From a plasmid, in the sequence record NZ_CP124633.1: DNA of 64,000 bases; one strand, given 5' to 3'. A model generated the notes under the pieces. That model had not been told where the DNA came from and made no database searches. It worked only from the letters and a program-made list of their open reading frames with translations. The position numbers and the translations under genes are program-made. Positions 9,175-17,945 of the stretch are shown here, piece by piece; within the stretch, counting starts at the first letter, position 1; each line of letters starts with the position of its first letter.

Positions 9175-11547
9175 TTAGTCCAGGTCTGCTGTTGCATGAG
9201 CGGCTCCAGAGCTGTAGTCGACCTTGCGGCCCTTGAGTTCGTAGTCGATCGCCAGTTGCTGATCGAGATGCACGGCGACCCGTGCGCCAGGTTGCACGTA
9301 GACGGCGGCGAAGGCCTCGCCGTACAGCTTGTTCATCCACTGCCGGATGTCGCTGACGCCGCCGGAGAGGATGCTGTTGAGGGCCGAGTTGCTGTTGGTT
9401 CCGGTCGTCCCGAAGCTGGTGCCGTTGCCGCTGAAGACGGTACTGGTGTTGTTCTCGTCGGCGTCCAGGAGCTTGGCGATGCCGGCCCCGGCAGCCGTGA
9501 GTAGGCTCTGATTGCCCAGGTACTCCTTGGCATTGGATCGGCGATCACCGGCGATGCAGGGGATGCCGTAGGGGTCGCTGATCCAGCCGAGGCCGCCCTG
9601 GATGGTTTTCTGGTCGGCGCTGGCGGTCTGGTTGTTGTTGCTCTGGTTGTCATTCACCTCCTCGGCCGGCGCCGGGAAGGTGCGCACGGTCCCGTCGTTG
9701 AACGCGAACGTGAGGCTGCGGATCTGCCCACGCACGCAGGAGAGTGTCCAGTCGCCCGAGGCGGTCCCGCTGGCTACCGCGCCGGCGACGTCCGGCAGCT
9801 CGATGCCGTTGGCGGTGAGGTTGTCCGGGCCGATGAGGATTTTGAACGGGTAAGGATCATTGACCGTCCCGTCGACCGGCACACGACCGATCAGCGCGGA
9901 CATGGCCACCGAGCCCATGAGCGTCGAGTTCTGCGGCAGCGTGTAGGTCTTGCGGACGAGCTTGCGGTTTTCCAGGTCGGATCGCTGTTGGCCGACGGGG
10001 TGCAGCCCGTCATCGATCCGCTCCAGCGCGTTCTGGCCGCGATCGACCGCGTTGCCGAAGGAGGTCGGGAAGCTGAATCCGCTCGGTTGGGTGGTGGAGC
10101 CGGCGGCCAGCGGCTGGCCATTGGCATCGACCGCGCGGGCGTCCTGGGGCTCGATCCAGACGATGTCCGATGACGACGAGCCCGCTCCCTGAAAGTGCTG
10201 GCCATCCTCTGGTCGCACGCCGAATCCTACGGGCAGGTCGGTGTCGCCGGCCTCGGGAATGTGGGTTAAGTTCTCGAGCCGTTTCTGTACCTGGTCCAGG
10301 ATCGTCTGGCTACGGTTCTCCTGCTGTTGCTGCAGCTCCTGGGCGGTGTTGTTGAGCTTCTGCTCTATGTTCTGATCGATGTTGCGCAGGCGGCCCTGCA
10401 GGTTCTCATTGGCGGCTTTGAGCGAGTCATTCTCCTGGATCACCTTGCTGATTTGGTCCTTGAGCTGCCGGCTTTCTGCCACGATGGTGCGTAGTGTGTC
10501 GGCGGGCGTGTCGCCGTCGATGCCCAGGGTTGCCGCTTCTTCCGACGTTACCGTCGGGGTTGCGGCGCCTTGTGACTGCGCGCTTTCCTTCTTGCCCATC
10601 ATGCTCACGCCGATCAGGATGGCGCCGATCACGACGGGGACGACCAGCAATTTCAGGAGGGGATTACCGGTCAGCGCCACGACGGCCTCCTTGGGATCGA
10701 TCTGGCTGATGGCGGAGGGCAGGAGCGCGTCGGCAAGGCCGCGGCCGCGCGTCACCAAATACACGGTAGTGGTGTCGGAGGCGTCGCCCCGGGCTCCCAA
10801 GTACGGGTGCTGGAAGGTCGCGGCGACGAAATTGCCCATCAGGTCCCTGGGATCCAGGGCCAGGTGCTGGGCGCTGGCGTTCTGCAGCTTCACCGCCGTG
10901 ACGTAGTAGTCGTCCAGCCGCCAGGCGCCCAAGGCGGTAGCCGTGATGGGTAGGCTGGGGAGCAGGGTGGTCAGGTCGAGCTGTCGCTTGACGCGCACCT
11001 GACCGACGCCATCTACCGGTTCCACCGTGCGAAGCGGGGCATAGAGCATCTGCGCCGCATAGCGCGTCAGAACCACGGGGACGGGCGTTTCGCGCGGCAC
11101 GGCCTTCGGTGCTTCTGCCTGCTCGGTCTGTTTCGCTGCTGCCGATGGCTGGGCTTCCCGGGGCTGGCCATAGTGCGGAGCCACGGGCTCGCCGGCGACG
11201 ATCCTGACCGGCTCGCGCGGCTGTTGATCGGCCGCTGCCTCGGTGGCGGCGATATCGATGAGCATCTGCTCGCCATTGGTCGCGTCCTGCAGGCGCAGGC
11301 GCGCTGGAGGAATCGGCTCGTTGGCGAGCAGGTAGAGTGCGCCGCCGGTACTCTGGACGCGCAGCTTGCCCTGCAGATCCCGAGGAACGCCAACTCGCAC
11401 GTTTCTGTCGACAAAGACAATGCGTTCCTGGCCGACCGTCAATGGAATGGCCAACGGAATGCGCTCCCAGCGCAGAATCTCCACCGCGTGGGCCAGTGTG
11501 GGTAGGGCAAGCATTAGCAAGAGCGAGCCTGTCGACTTCCGGATCAT
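9175..11547 (-). CDS. ICE protein. A single 790-aa ORF appears to join a periplasmic TIGR03749-like part to a TM plus coiled-coil TIGR03752-like part.
   Basis: Start MIRKSTGSLLLMLALPTLAHA with RBS GGGAGGGAGG. Internal TM segment NPLLKLLVVPVVIGAILIGV at about residue 300 resembles the usual N-terminus of the second family. Coiled-coil region and Gly/Ser/Thr-rich C-terminus. Confidence 0.7.
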   Translation of the reverse strand: MIRKSTGSLLLMLALPTLAHAVEILRWERIPLAIPLTVGQERIVFVDRNVRVGVPRDLQGKLRVQSTGGALYLLANEPIPPARLRLQDATNGEQMLIDIAATEAAADQQPREPVRIVAGEPVAPHYGQPREAQPSAAAKQTEQAEAPKAVPRETPVPVVLTRYAAQMLYAPLRTVEPVDGVGQVRVKRQLDLTTLLPSLPITATALGAWRLDDYYVTAVKLQNASAQHLALDPRDLMGNFVAATFQHPYLGARGDASDTTTVYLVTRGRGLADALLPSAISQIDPKEAVVALTGNPLLKLLVVPVVIGAILIGVSMMGKKESAQSQGAATPTVTSEEAATLGIDGDTPADTLRTIVAESRQLKDQISKVIQENDSLKAANENLQGRLRNIDQNIEQKLNNTAQELQQQQENRSQTILDQVQKRLENLTHIPEAGDTDLPVGFGVRPEDGQHFQGAGSSSSDIVWIEPQDARAVDANGQPLAAGSTTQPSGFSFPTSFGNAVDRGQNALERIDDGLHPVGQQRSDLENRKLVRKTYTLPQNSTLMGSVAMSALIGRVPVDGTVNDPYPFKILIGPDNLTANGIELPDVAGAVASGTASGDWTLSCVRGQIRSLTFAFNDGTVRTFPAPAEEVNDNQSNNNQTASADQKTIQGGLGWISDPYGIPCIAGDRRSNAKEYLGNQSLLTAAGAGIAKLLDADENNTSTVFSGNGTSFGTTGTNSNSALNSILSGGVSDIRQWMNKLYGEAFAAVYVQPGARVAVHLDQQLAIDYELKGRKVDYSSGAAHATADLD

Positions 11548-11780
11548 AGACCTCCCTCCCGCTTGGTGGGGGCGGCCGGCTCCTCAAGCTCGATACGTTG
11601 AGGCGTATCGGAGTAGCAGTCCCACTGCAGGCCGAAGGGATTGGTCTCCGGGTCGACGTCGGCGCGGATGACGTGCAACGGGTAGCGGGCCAGCGCGCGC
11701 TTGATCTTTTCGCCGGCGTAATACTCCGTGCTGTCCATGTCCAGGTTGACGGTCCAGTCATTGATCGAGTGTTGGATCAC
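11544..11780 (-). CDS. Small ORF (GTG start); possibly the C-terminal part of a frameshifted TIGR03746-like gene.
   Basis: 78 aa. Its frame continues upstream of the GTG as protein-like sequence. 4-nt overlap with the preceding ORF. Confidence 0.4.
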   Translation of the reverse strand: MIQHSINDWTVNLDMDSTEYYAGEKIKRALARYPLHVIRADVDPETNPFGLQWDCYSDTPQRIELEEPAAPTKREGGL

Positions 11781-12202
11781 GCGGCCATCGCTCTCGCCAA
11801 TGCCCCGACCGGGGATTTCCGAGGTGGTGCGCTCTCGCCCCTGAGCTCGCCGGCGTTACGACGAAACTCGAAGTCCTTCTCCAGGAAGACTTTGCAGGAA
11901 GGCGTCAGGTAGGCGGCGTAGCGGAACAGGTTGCTCTTGTAGTCCACCTCGCCGTCCTTGGGCCAACGCTGTACCTGCTGGAAGATGTAGAGGCCGAACG
12001 CATAGACACTCTCCGGCGGAATGTCCCACCACAACCGGGTGCTCCCTGAACGCAAGTCGGGCGGAATGTGGATCCAGAGGTCCTTGCGGGCTTCCCAGAC
12101 GCAGTAGGCCAGCACCACGATGACCATGCACAAGAAGCCGGTGATGAACCGGAAGGTGTTGATGTGAGCCTGCTGTTGCGCGGTGTGTTTTCTGAAACTC
12201 AT
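11777..12202 (-). CDS. ICE membrane protein (TIGR03746-like), probably disrupted at its 3' end.
   Basis: 141 aa with an N-terminal TM helix. The last ~20 residues, ESAPPRKSPVGALARAMAA, look out of frame. See the frameshift finding. Confidence 0.5.
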   Translation of the reverse strand: MSFRKHTAQQQAHINTFRFITGFLCMVIVVLAYCVWEARKDLWIHIPPDLRSGSTRLWWDIPPESVYAFGLYIFQQVQRWPKDGEVDYKSNLFRYAAYLTPSCKVFLEKDFEFRRNAGELRGESAPPRKSPVGALARAMAA

Positions 12203-12585
12203 GGGGACTCCGTGCGTCGACTGGTCCAGGCGCCGGAGCGCGTCACCAGGCGACGGTTGCCGAAGACGGGAAAGCGCAGCGAGAGGGCCAGCTCCACCTG
12301 GCGGTAGAACCAGGTATCGGGCCGCCCCCGCTTCATCCGCCGCAGGATGCGGCTGCCGATACCCAGGCCGAGGGCGCCTACCAGCAGCGCGCCCAGTGGA
12401 ATGCAGGCCGCGTTACCTGCGACCAAGGCAGCCGGGATGCCAAGAACGAACCCGGCTGCTCCGCTGGTGAGGACCGTGATCCACATTTCGTCCGCAGTCA
12501 GACCGCCGATGACCACCGGTTGCCGGTTCAAACGGGTCGGCAGGAAGCTGAGGGTCCCATCCTGAAACAGATGTTCTTCGGGCAT
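12199..12585 (-). CDS. ICE membrane protein (TIGR03750-like).
   Basis: 128 aa with two TM helices. ATGA overlap at 12199-12202. Confidence 0.55.
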   Translation of the reverse strand: MPEEHLFQDGTLSFLPTRLNRQPVVIGGLTADEMWITVLTSGAAGFVLGIPAALVAGNAACIPLGALLVGALGLGIGSRILRRMKRGRPDTWFYRQVELALSLRFPVFGNRRLVTRSGAWTSRRTESP

Positions 12586-12595
12586 GGGAAGGCCC

Positions 12596-12952
12596 TTACA
12601 TGATGGTGGTGGCTTTGGTGACGAGATAAATGATCAAGATCAGCAGGCCGATGCCTACGGCCACGCCCGCTCCGAGATCCGACCACTTCTTTTTCCCATC
12701 ATGGATGGCGTGATAGGTGCCGTAGGTATGCCAGGAGACTCCCAGAAAGACAGCCACGCAGATGAGTAGCGCGAGGAGCATCGCTCCGTCATAGCCGAAG
12801 TTCTGGATGGTTTGCATGATCCCCGATCCTTCCCCGCGGCTAGGCGCCTCGGGCTTGGGGAGTGCAGCCAAGGCGACGCCTGGGAGTACCAAAGAGATGG
12901 CAGCCAGGCGCAGGCAGAGGGTGGACAGTTTCTGGAGGGTGAATTTCAGCAT
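12596..12952 (-). CDS. Pilin-like small membrane protein of the conjugation module (TIGR03745-like).
   Basis: Start MLKFTLQKL at 12950-12952 with a GGAG RBS. Signal peptide plus C-terminal TM helix. The 221-aa track ORF is an upstream over-extension. Confidence 0.6.
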   Translation of the reverse strand: MLKFTLQKLSTLCLRLAAISLVLPGVALAALPKPEAPSRGEGSGIMQTIQNFGYDGAMLLALLICVAVFLGVSWHTYGTYHAIHDGKKKWSDLGAGVAVGIGLLILIIYLVTKATTIM

Positions 12953-12969
12953 GAGTGTCTCCGTATGGG

Positions 12970-13209
12970 TCAGCTGAGGAGGAAGAAAGAGGTGATGCTG
13001 AGGAGGACCACGATCCGTATCGCGGAAACGCCGGCAGTGGCGCTGTCGAGGTTGTTGGTGGCCCAGCCGCGCCAGGTGCTGTACATCGCCCAGGCGGACC
13101 ACAGCAGAAGGAAGGTCATCGCTGCTCCAATGAACAGCCCCTCGCCGGCCGATGGGGGAAAGCCAGCGGCGGCCTGGAACGCTGATGTTTGGGCTCCACT
13201 CATGCTCAC
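12970..13209 (-). CDS. Small membrane protein (TIGR03758-like).
   Basis: 79 aa with two TM helices. Position in the conserved operon. Confidence 0.5.
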   Translation of the reverse strand: MSMSGAQTSAFQAAAGFPPSAGEGLFIGAAMTFLLLWSAWAMYSTWRGWATNNLDSATAGVSAIRIVVLLSITSFFLLS

Positions 13210-13544
13210 GGCATCGGCCCTCCGCGCAGGGTGTAATCCCCAGATAGGTCGGAAGGGTCACGCGGTTGGGCGCGGCTGGGCGTCATGTAGTCCTGCAGGC
13301 CTTGGCGGATGCGCTGCAGATCAGCGGCCAGGCGCGAGTAGTCGAAGTAGAAGCGCTGTCCGGGCTCATCGGCACCCTGGGCACTGCGGTGGGCGGTGTC
13401 CTCGAGGGCGTTGAGCTGCCGGATCATCACCTCCAGGTTCGCCTGCTCGGAGGCGCTCGCTGCGAAAGCTCCCTGTGCGACCAGCGCACTGCAGGCCAAG
13501 ACGGCCAGGCAGCTTCGGCGAAGGGATTGATGTGGAGTGTTCAC
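13206..13544 (-). CDS. RAQPRD-family ICE/plasmid protein.
   Basis: Contains the literal RAQPRD motif, a signal peptide, and ATGA overlap with the downstream gene. First gene of the conserved operon. Confidence 0.75.
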   Translation of the reverse strand: MNTPHQSLRRSCLAVLACSALVAQGAFAASASEQANLEVMIRQLNALEDTAHRSAQGADEPGQRFYFDYSRLAADLQRIRQGLQDYMTPSRAQPRDPSDLSGDYTLRGGPMP

Positions 13545-13636
13545 GGCGAATCTCTTGCAGATCAGGGTGCGATCAGCTTGCCGATCGCCCTGATTCCATT
13601 CCGCAAGAAATACTCGGCGCGGGGCCGGGGTATTTT

Positions 13637-13936
13637 TTATGAGGTTGCGCGCTTGAAAAACAGCAGGTAGCTGACGGGCAGAGCGATGCCCCAGGCCCAG
13701 CCCTGGGCGTTCTGATTGCCGATCTCGGTTACACCCCGCATGAGTGGCTGAACGCTCACCAGCTCCCAGCCTTCCTGGCCCAGACGCACGACCTCGGCCC
13801 AGCGCAGAGGGTTGAGCAAGGCGTGGTCGTCGGGTTCCAAGGTGTCTTCTTTGTGTTTGAACATCGCGACGCCCTTGGTGAGGGTTTTATAGGGAATGTC
13901 GATGTTCTCGACATGGTATTCGAAGGTCTGCTTCAT
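13637..13936 (-). CDS. Hypothetical protein (99 aa).
   Basis: RBS CAGGAGCAC precedes the ATG. This start context recurs at two other small genes. Confidence 0.55.
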   Translation of the reverse strand: MKQTFEYHVENIDIPYKTLTKGVAMFKHKEDTLEPDDHALLNPLRWAEVVRLGQEGWELVSVQPLMRGVTEIGNQNAQGWAWGIALPVSYLLFFKRATS

Positions 13937-14108
13937 GACGTGCTCCTGGAGTGGTTCGAGTAGAACCGCACGGTTTCAAGAGCAGGAGGAGGGCCTCAAC
14001 CGAAAATACTAGGCCTAGCACCAGTGAATTTCTGGTGGTTGGCGGGTTTAGAGACACGTATGGACGTCTGGGTGTATATTTCATATATATTTCTAAGGGA
14101 GACGGCTG

Positions 14109-14420
14109 ATGCTTAGAAACATCTCTATTGGAGTTTTGCTAGCCATGGCTGCTATGTTGGACAGTTATGGGGTGGCTGCCGCTACATTACGATGCGGGTC
14201 GGCAATTGTTAGTGAGGGTGACTTGATTGATGATGTGCTTAGGAAGTGCGGAAACCCTGATAGCCGTAAAGTTGAAGGGCCCGCAGTGGATGGTAGTGGC
14301 TATATAGTGCGGGGGGCTGCTACTGTCGAAAACTGGGTATACGGACCAAGGAATGGTTGGTACCAGAAGCTTAGGTTTGTCGATGGAAGGCTAGTTCAGA
14401 TAAAAGGCAGTATGGACTAG
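14109..14420 (+). CDS. Small secreted protein, DUF2845-like, in low-GC cargo.
   Basis: RBS AAGGGAGACGGCTG before the ATG. Signal peptide, two Cys, about 100 aa. Local GC about 40%. Confidence 0.55.
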   Translation: MLRNISIGVLLAMAAMLDSYGVAAATLRCGSAIVSEGDLIDDVLRKCGNPDSRKVEGPAVDGSGYIVRGAATVENWVYGPRNGWYQKLRFVDGRLVQIKGSMD

Positions 14421-14422
14421 GG

Positions 14423-14460
14423 TATAGCCGTGGATGGTGTGTTTTTCATCCACGGCTATA
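14423..14460. terminator. Bidirectional hairpin between convergent genes.
   Basis: Perfect 14-bp inverted repeat TATAGCCGTGGATG / CATCCACGGCTATA with a 10-nt T-rich loop. Confidence 0.5.
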
Positions 14461-14464
14461 AGTC

Positions 14465-15440
14465 TCATCCGGCAGATGATATAAGGGTAAGGATATTTGC
14501 GATTGGTAGGCCTTGTGCGTCGGAAATAAACACGGTTGCACTAGCGCCTGCACGAGAAACTATCTGTTGTAGGTTGCTCGGATTAGACATGCCGCCGTTG
14601 TAATTGGCTTGGAATTGCTTGCTGGAACTTGCTATGTCTAGAAGTTCAAGTAGAGTGCTTTGGTTGGCGGATTGTGCGGAGTTCATACTGATTGATGTGT
14701 TTGATCCTGCCGCTCGCAGCGCCTGCTGGATGTTGTTTGAAGTGAGTTGGGCACCATTAAAGTTGGCGCTGAATTTTTTAGTGTTGCCCGCGATGTTGAT
14801 GGCCTGTAAAAGGATGGATATATTCGCCGCCTGAGCGGTGTTGACGCTGATACTGGTTCCCGAGGCCGCAGCGCTGATCGCTTGCTGAAGGTTGTCTGCT
14901 GTTAGTTGTGCACCATTGAAGTCGGCGCTAAATTTTTTCGTGTCTTTGGCAGAGTTGATGAGGGCTAGCAGGGTGCTTATATTAACCGCCTGAGCGGTGT
15001 TGACGCTAATGGATGTTCGGGTTCCTGCGGCGTCTAAAGCTTGTTGAATGTTGTTTGAAGTAAGTTGAGCGCCATTGAACTCTGCGCTGAATGTTTTTGT
15101 GTTACCTGCTGCATGAATAGTCTGAAGAAGGGCGGTTATATTTGCCGCTTGTGCGGTGTTGACGCTTATGCTAGTGTTTGTTCCTGCCGCATTCACTGCT
15201 CTAAGTAGGTTGTCGCTGCTGAGTTGGGCTCCATTGAATTCTGCGCTAAAACTCTTTGAGTTGCCTGCTGTAGATATTGCGGAAAGAAGTGTATTTATAT
15301 TAATGGCTTGTGCGGCTATTGTGGATACTCTGGTTAATGATCCTGCTAAGTTTATGACTTCCTGAAGGTTGTTGGCAGTCAGCTCTGCGCCGTTGAAAGT
15401 TGTTGAGAGGTTTTTTGTGTTTTCTGCAGTTGTTGTTGCC
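14465..15440 (-). repeat. About 6-7 tandem copies of a ~144-bp coding repeat.
   Basis: Visible at both DNA and protein level inside the repeat-protein gene. AT-rich. Confidence 0.7.
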
Positions 15441-15575
15441 TTGAGAAGAGTGTCTCATATTTAATGCTTGCGCGTTGCTTATGCTGATGGTTGTATTCTT
15501 TCCTGCTTTTGATAGGGCCTCTAGCATGTTGCTTGGATTTAGAAGGCGTCCGTCGAAATCAAGGATAAGCTTCAT
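14465..15575 (-). pseudogene. Tandem-repeat protein gene (about 48-aa units), disrupted by a +1 frameshift near 15445-15455.
   Basis: ORF 15300..15575 (MKLILDFDGRLLNP...TISISNAQA) and ORF 14465..15196 carry the same repeat family, SISVNTAQAANIxxLLxxIxxAGNTKxFSAxFNGAQLTxNNIQQAL. Manual translation shows the downstream frame open up to ~15450. It is joined to the upstream ORF by a single-nt change in ...GCATTAAATATGAGAC... Confidence 0.6.
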
Positions 15576-15706
15576 CTCAATGCTCCGCTGTGACCTAACG
15601 TTAAAGTCTTGGTGTGAGTACTTCCTAGGCTGAATGAGTTGGCTACAAATCTCTTTGCCTTATGTCAATGTCAGGCATTCGCTGTGACCAATATCATTTT
15701 TTTGAG

Positions 15707-17188
15707 TCATTTTTCACAGCTAGCTATCTGCTCCTTCAGCTTTCTGTCGTCCACGTACCGCTGCATGATCGATAGCACCAGGCTATTGATGGCGAGGATC
15801 TTCATCGCGCGGGTCACTGCGACGTAGATCAGGTTCAGCTCATCGTCGCGCTTGCCTGGGTCGGTGTCGGGGGCCAGCGGGTCCGCGTTGAAGTCGTCGT
15901 ACAGGCAAACGAAATCCCATTCCAGCCCCTTGGCCTTGTGTGCGGTGGTCAGGGTGATCGTTGCGTCCAGCTCATCGTCAAGGGTCAGTGAGCGAAGCTC
16001 AAGGATCCGCGCCGGTAGATCAGGGTAGGTCGAGATGATCTTGATCGAGCGCGCCATTTCACTGTCCTGGCTGATCTCGGCGATCTCCACGTACTGGGTG
16101 TAGTCGCGGTAGTCCCGGAGCAGCTTTTTGTTCTGGACGTTTTGGCGCAGGCCTCGGCTGAATGCGTACAGATCCTCCAGGTCGCGCAGCGAGTAACTGT
16201 CGATACCGCCTACCCAGTAGAACTTGGGCGCCGGATTATTGCGCACACGCTGCAGGGCATTTTCGATGACGCCGATAACGGTGCGGTGAATGAAAGTGCG
16301 GTGAGGAAGGTCCGCCGGGAGGGACTTTTTCACCAGCGTCTGCGGGCCCAGTCCTTGAAGTTTCCGTGTCTCGCCCTTGTAGGAGAGGATGATGTTGGCC
16401 ACGTGCGCAATCGCGGGGCCGAACCGCCAGCTCTGGGTCAGGTAGTGCTCCTCGGCGCCGACCATCCAGTCGCTGTTCAGGGCATCTTCCGCGCCTCTGA
16501 ACCGGTAGAGCTGCTGGTGGGGATCGCCGACGATAGCCATTTTGATGCGCTGCCAGTGGGCAATGTCCGCGATCACCGGGTTGATGTCCTGTCCCTCGTC
16601 CAGGAACATGCAGTCGAAGCGCTGGCTCAAATCGGGCTTGCTCAGTTGATACAGCTTCAGGTAGCCGTCATGGGGCATCAGCATGCCGGTGTCCTGGAGA
16701 TCTACCATGCGCCTCCAGACTACTCGCGCCATGTCCAGGCCCTGCTTGAGGAAGCGTTCCTGGGCACTGGTGAGGAACGCCTTGTCGCGGAAGCGCGGGA
16801 AGTGCGGTCGGCCGAGTTCCGCGTCGGCGCTGGCCATGTAGTTGTTCAGCGTGGCCAGCACGTCACGTACCAACTCCCAGTCTTGGGTATCGAGTCCGCG
16901 GGCGATATCGGTCAGACGCAGGTTCTTCGTCTTCTTGTGGGCGTACTGGATGCCGTACACCGCATGAGCCAGGCTGTGGGCGGTCTTGCAGACTACGTTG
17001 CGGGGAAACTTGCCCTTCGCGGCTTTCTCCACCGAGCTGTTGTAGCAGAGATAGAGGATTCTCAGGGTAGCGTTCGCCTTGGCAAAGCCCACCAGGGTGG
17101 TCGTCTTGCCAGTGCCGGCGAAGGCCCGCACCAGGATCTTCGATGCCTTCGACTGGATGATCGGTGACTGTTCGTGAGTCCACTGCAC
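15707..17188 (-). CDS. UvrD/Rep-family DNA helicase.
   Basis: Walker A AGTGKTTT, DEGQD motif, C-terminal helicase motifs. GTG start with AGGAG RBS. Confidence 0.85.
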   Translation of the reverse strand: MQWTHEQSPIIQSKASKILVRAFAGTGKTTTLVGFAKANATLRILYLCYNSSVEKAAKGKFPRNVVCKTAHSLAHAVYGIQYAHKKTKNLRLTDIARGLDTQDWELVRDVLATLNNYMASADAELGRPHFPRFRDKAFLTSAQERFLKQGLDMARVVWRRMVDLQDTGMLMPHDGYLKLYQLSKPDLSQRFDCMFLDEGQDINPVIADIAHWQRIKMAIVGDPHQQLYRFRGAEDALNSDWMVGAEEHYLTQSWRFGPAIAHVANIILSYKGETRKLQGLGPQTLVKKSLPADLPHRTFIHRTVIGVIENALQRVRNNPAPKFYWVGGIDSYSLRDLEDLYAFSRGLRQNVQNKKLLRDYRDYTQYVEIAEISQDSEMARSIKIISTYPDLPARILELRSLTLDDELDATITLTTAHKAKGLEWDFVCLYDDFNADPLAPDTDPGKRDDELNLIYVAVTRAMKILAINSLVLSIMQRYVDDRKLKEQIASCEK

Positions 17189-17198
17189 GGCGGGTCTC

Positions 17199-17945
17199 CT
17201 ACAGGTACTTTTTGAAGGTGGATGCTGTGATACATACCGCTACGCCGAGCAGCGCGGCGCAGGGCAACAGGATGAGCAGGGGATTGATGCTGATGGGGAT
17301 TGCCAGGTAGAGCGTCCAAGGGACGATCGCTAGCGGAATGATGCTGCCGCGCGCCTTGTGGTAGAGGTAGCTGGACTCCCGGCCGGCGCCGAACTTGCGC
17401 AGGTCCCGGCGCACCAGGCCGTCCACCAGGCCGGTGAACGCGGCCATCAGGAACAACGGGATCGTCATGGCCAGGATCACCAGGCGCACGACGAATGTCA
17501 GCACCGTGTACAGCGCGGCCAGGCCGTAGTTCTGCAGCGTGGAGACGCCCTGGGCGGTGAGATAGCGAACGTCCAGCGGGCTTCGTGGTCCGGCTTGTGC
17601 GATGCTGGTCATGTTGGTCATCCAGTCGACCACGCCGGTCTTCACGAACAACCAGTCATAGGCCAACTGGGCCAGCCAGGTGGCGGTTCGACCTGGCTCC
17701 TGCACGATGACGCTGTGTAGCAGCCCCTGCGACAGCCAACTGAGCTCGTACTCGAACATGGCCTGGGCATGCTTCCAGCCCGCGTCAGGCCAGAAGAAGT
17801 ACAAGCAGACCCACTCCACGATGATTGCGCCGATCAGCGAACCGAACATCACGCCGAGGAACTGGAAGGGCGTACTGATGATGGTGCCGAGCAGGGTTTT
17901 CTGGCTCTCTTGTTGCTGCTCTGCACGTTGAGTGACTTCAGCCAT
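17199..17945 (-). CDS. ICE integral membrane protein (TIGR03747-like).
   Basis: 248 aa with four or more TM helices. Directly downstream of the coupling-protein gene. Confidence 0.6.
   Translation of the reverse strand: MAEVTQRAEQQQESQKTLLGTIISTPFQFLGVMFGSLIGAIIVEWVCLYFFWPDAGWKHAQAMFEYELSWLSQGLLHSVIVQEPGRTATWLAQLAYDWLFVKTGVVDWMTNMTSIAQAGPRSPLDVRYLTAQGVSTLQNYGLAALYTVLTFVVRLVILAMTIPLFLMAAFTGLVDGLVRRDLRKFGAGRESSYLYHKARGSIIPLAIVPWTLYLAIPISINPLLILLPCAALLGVAVCITASTFKKYL

Noticed and set aside
5813-9340. 1175-aa ORF in the track for the TraC-like ATPase
   Set aside because: The first 195 codons are Arg/Pro-rich with no RBS. A strong GGAGG RBS and an ATG at 8753-8755 give the expected ~980-aa ATPase.
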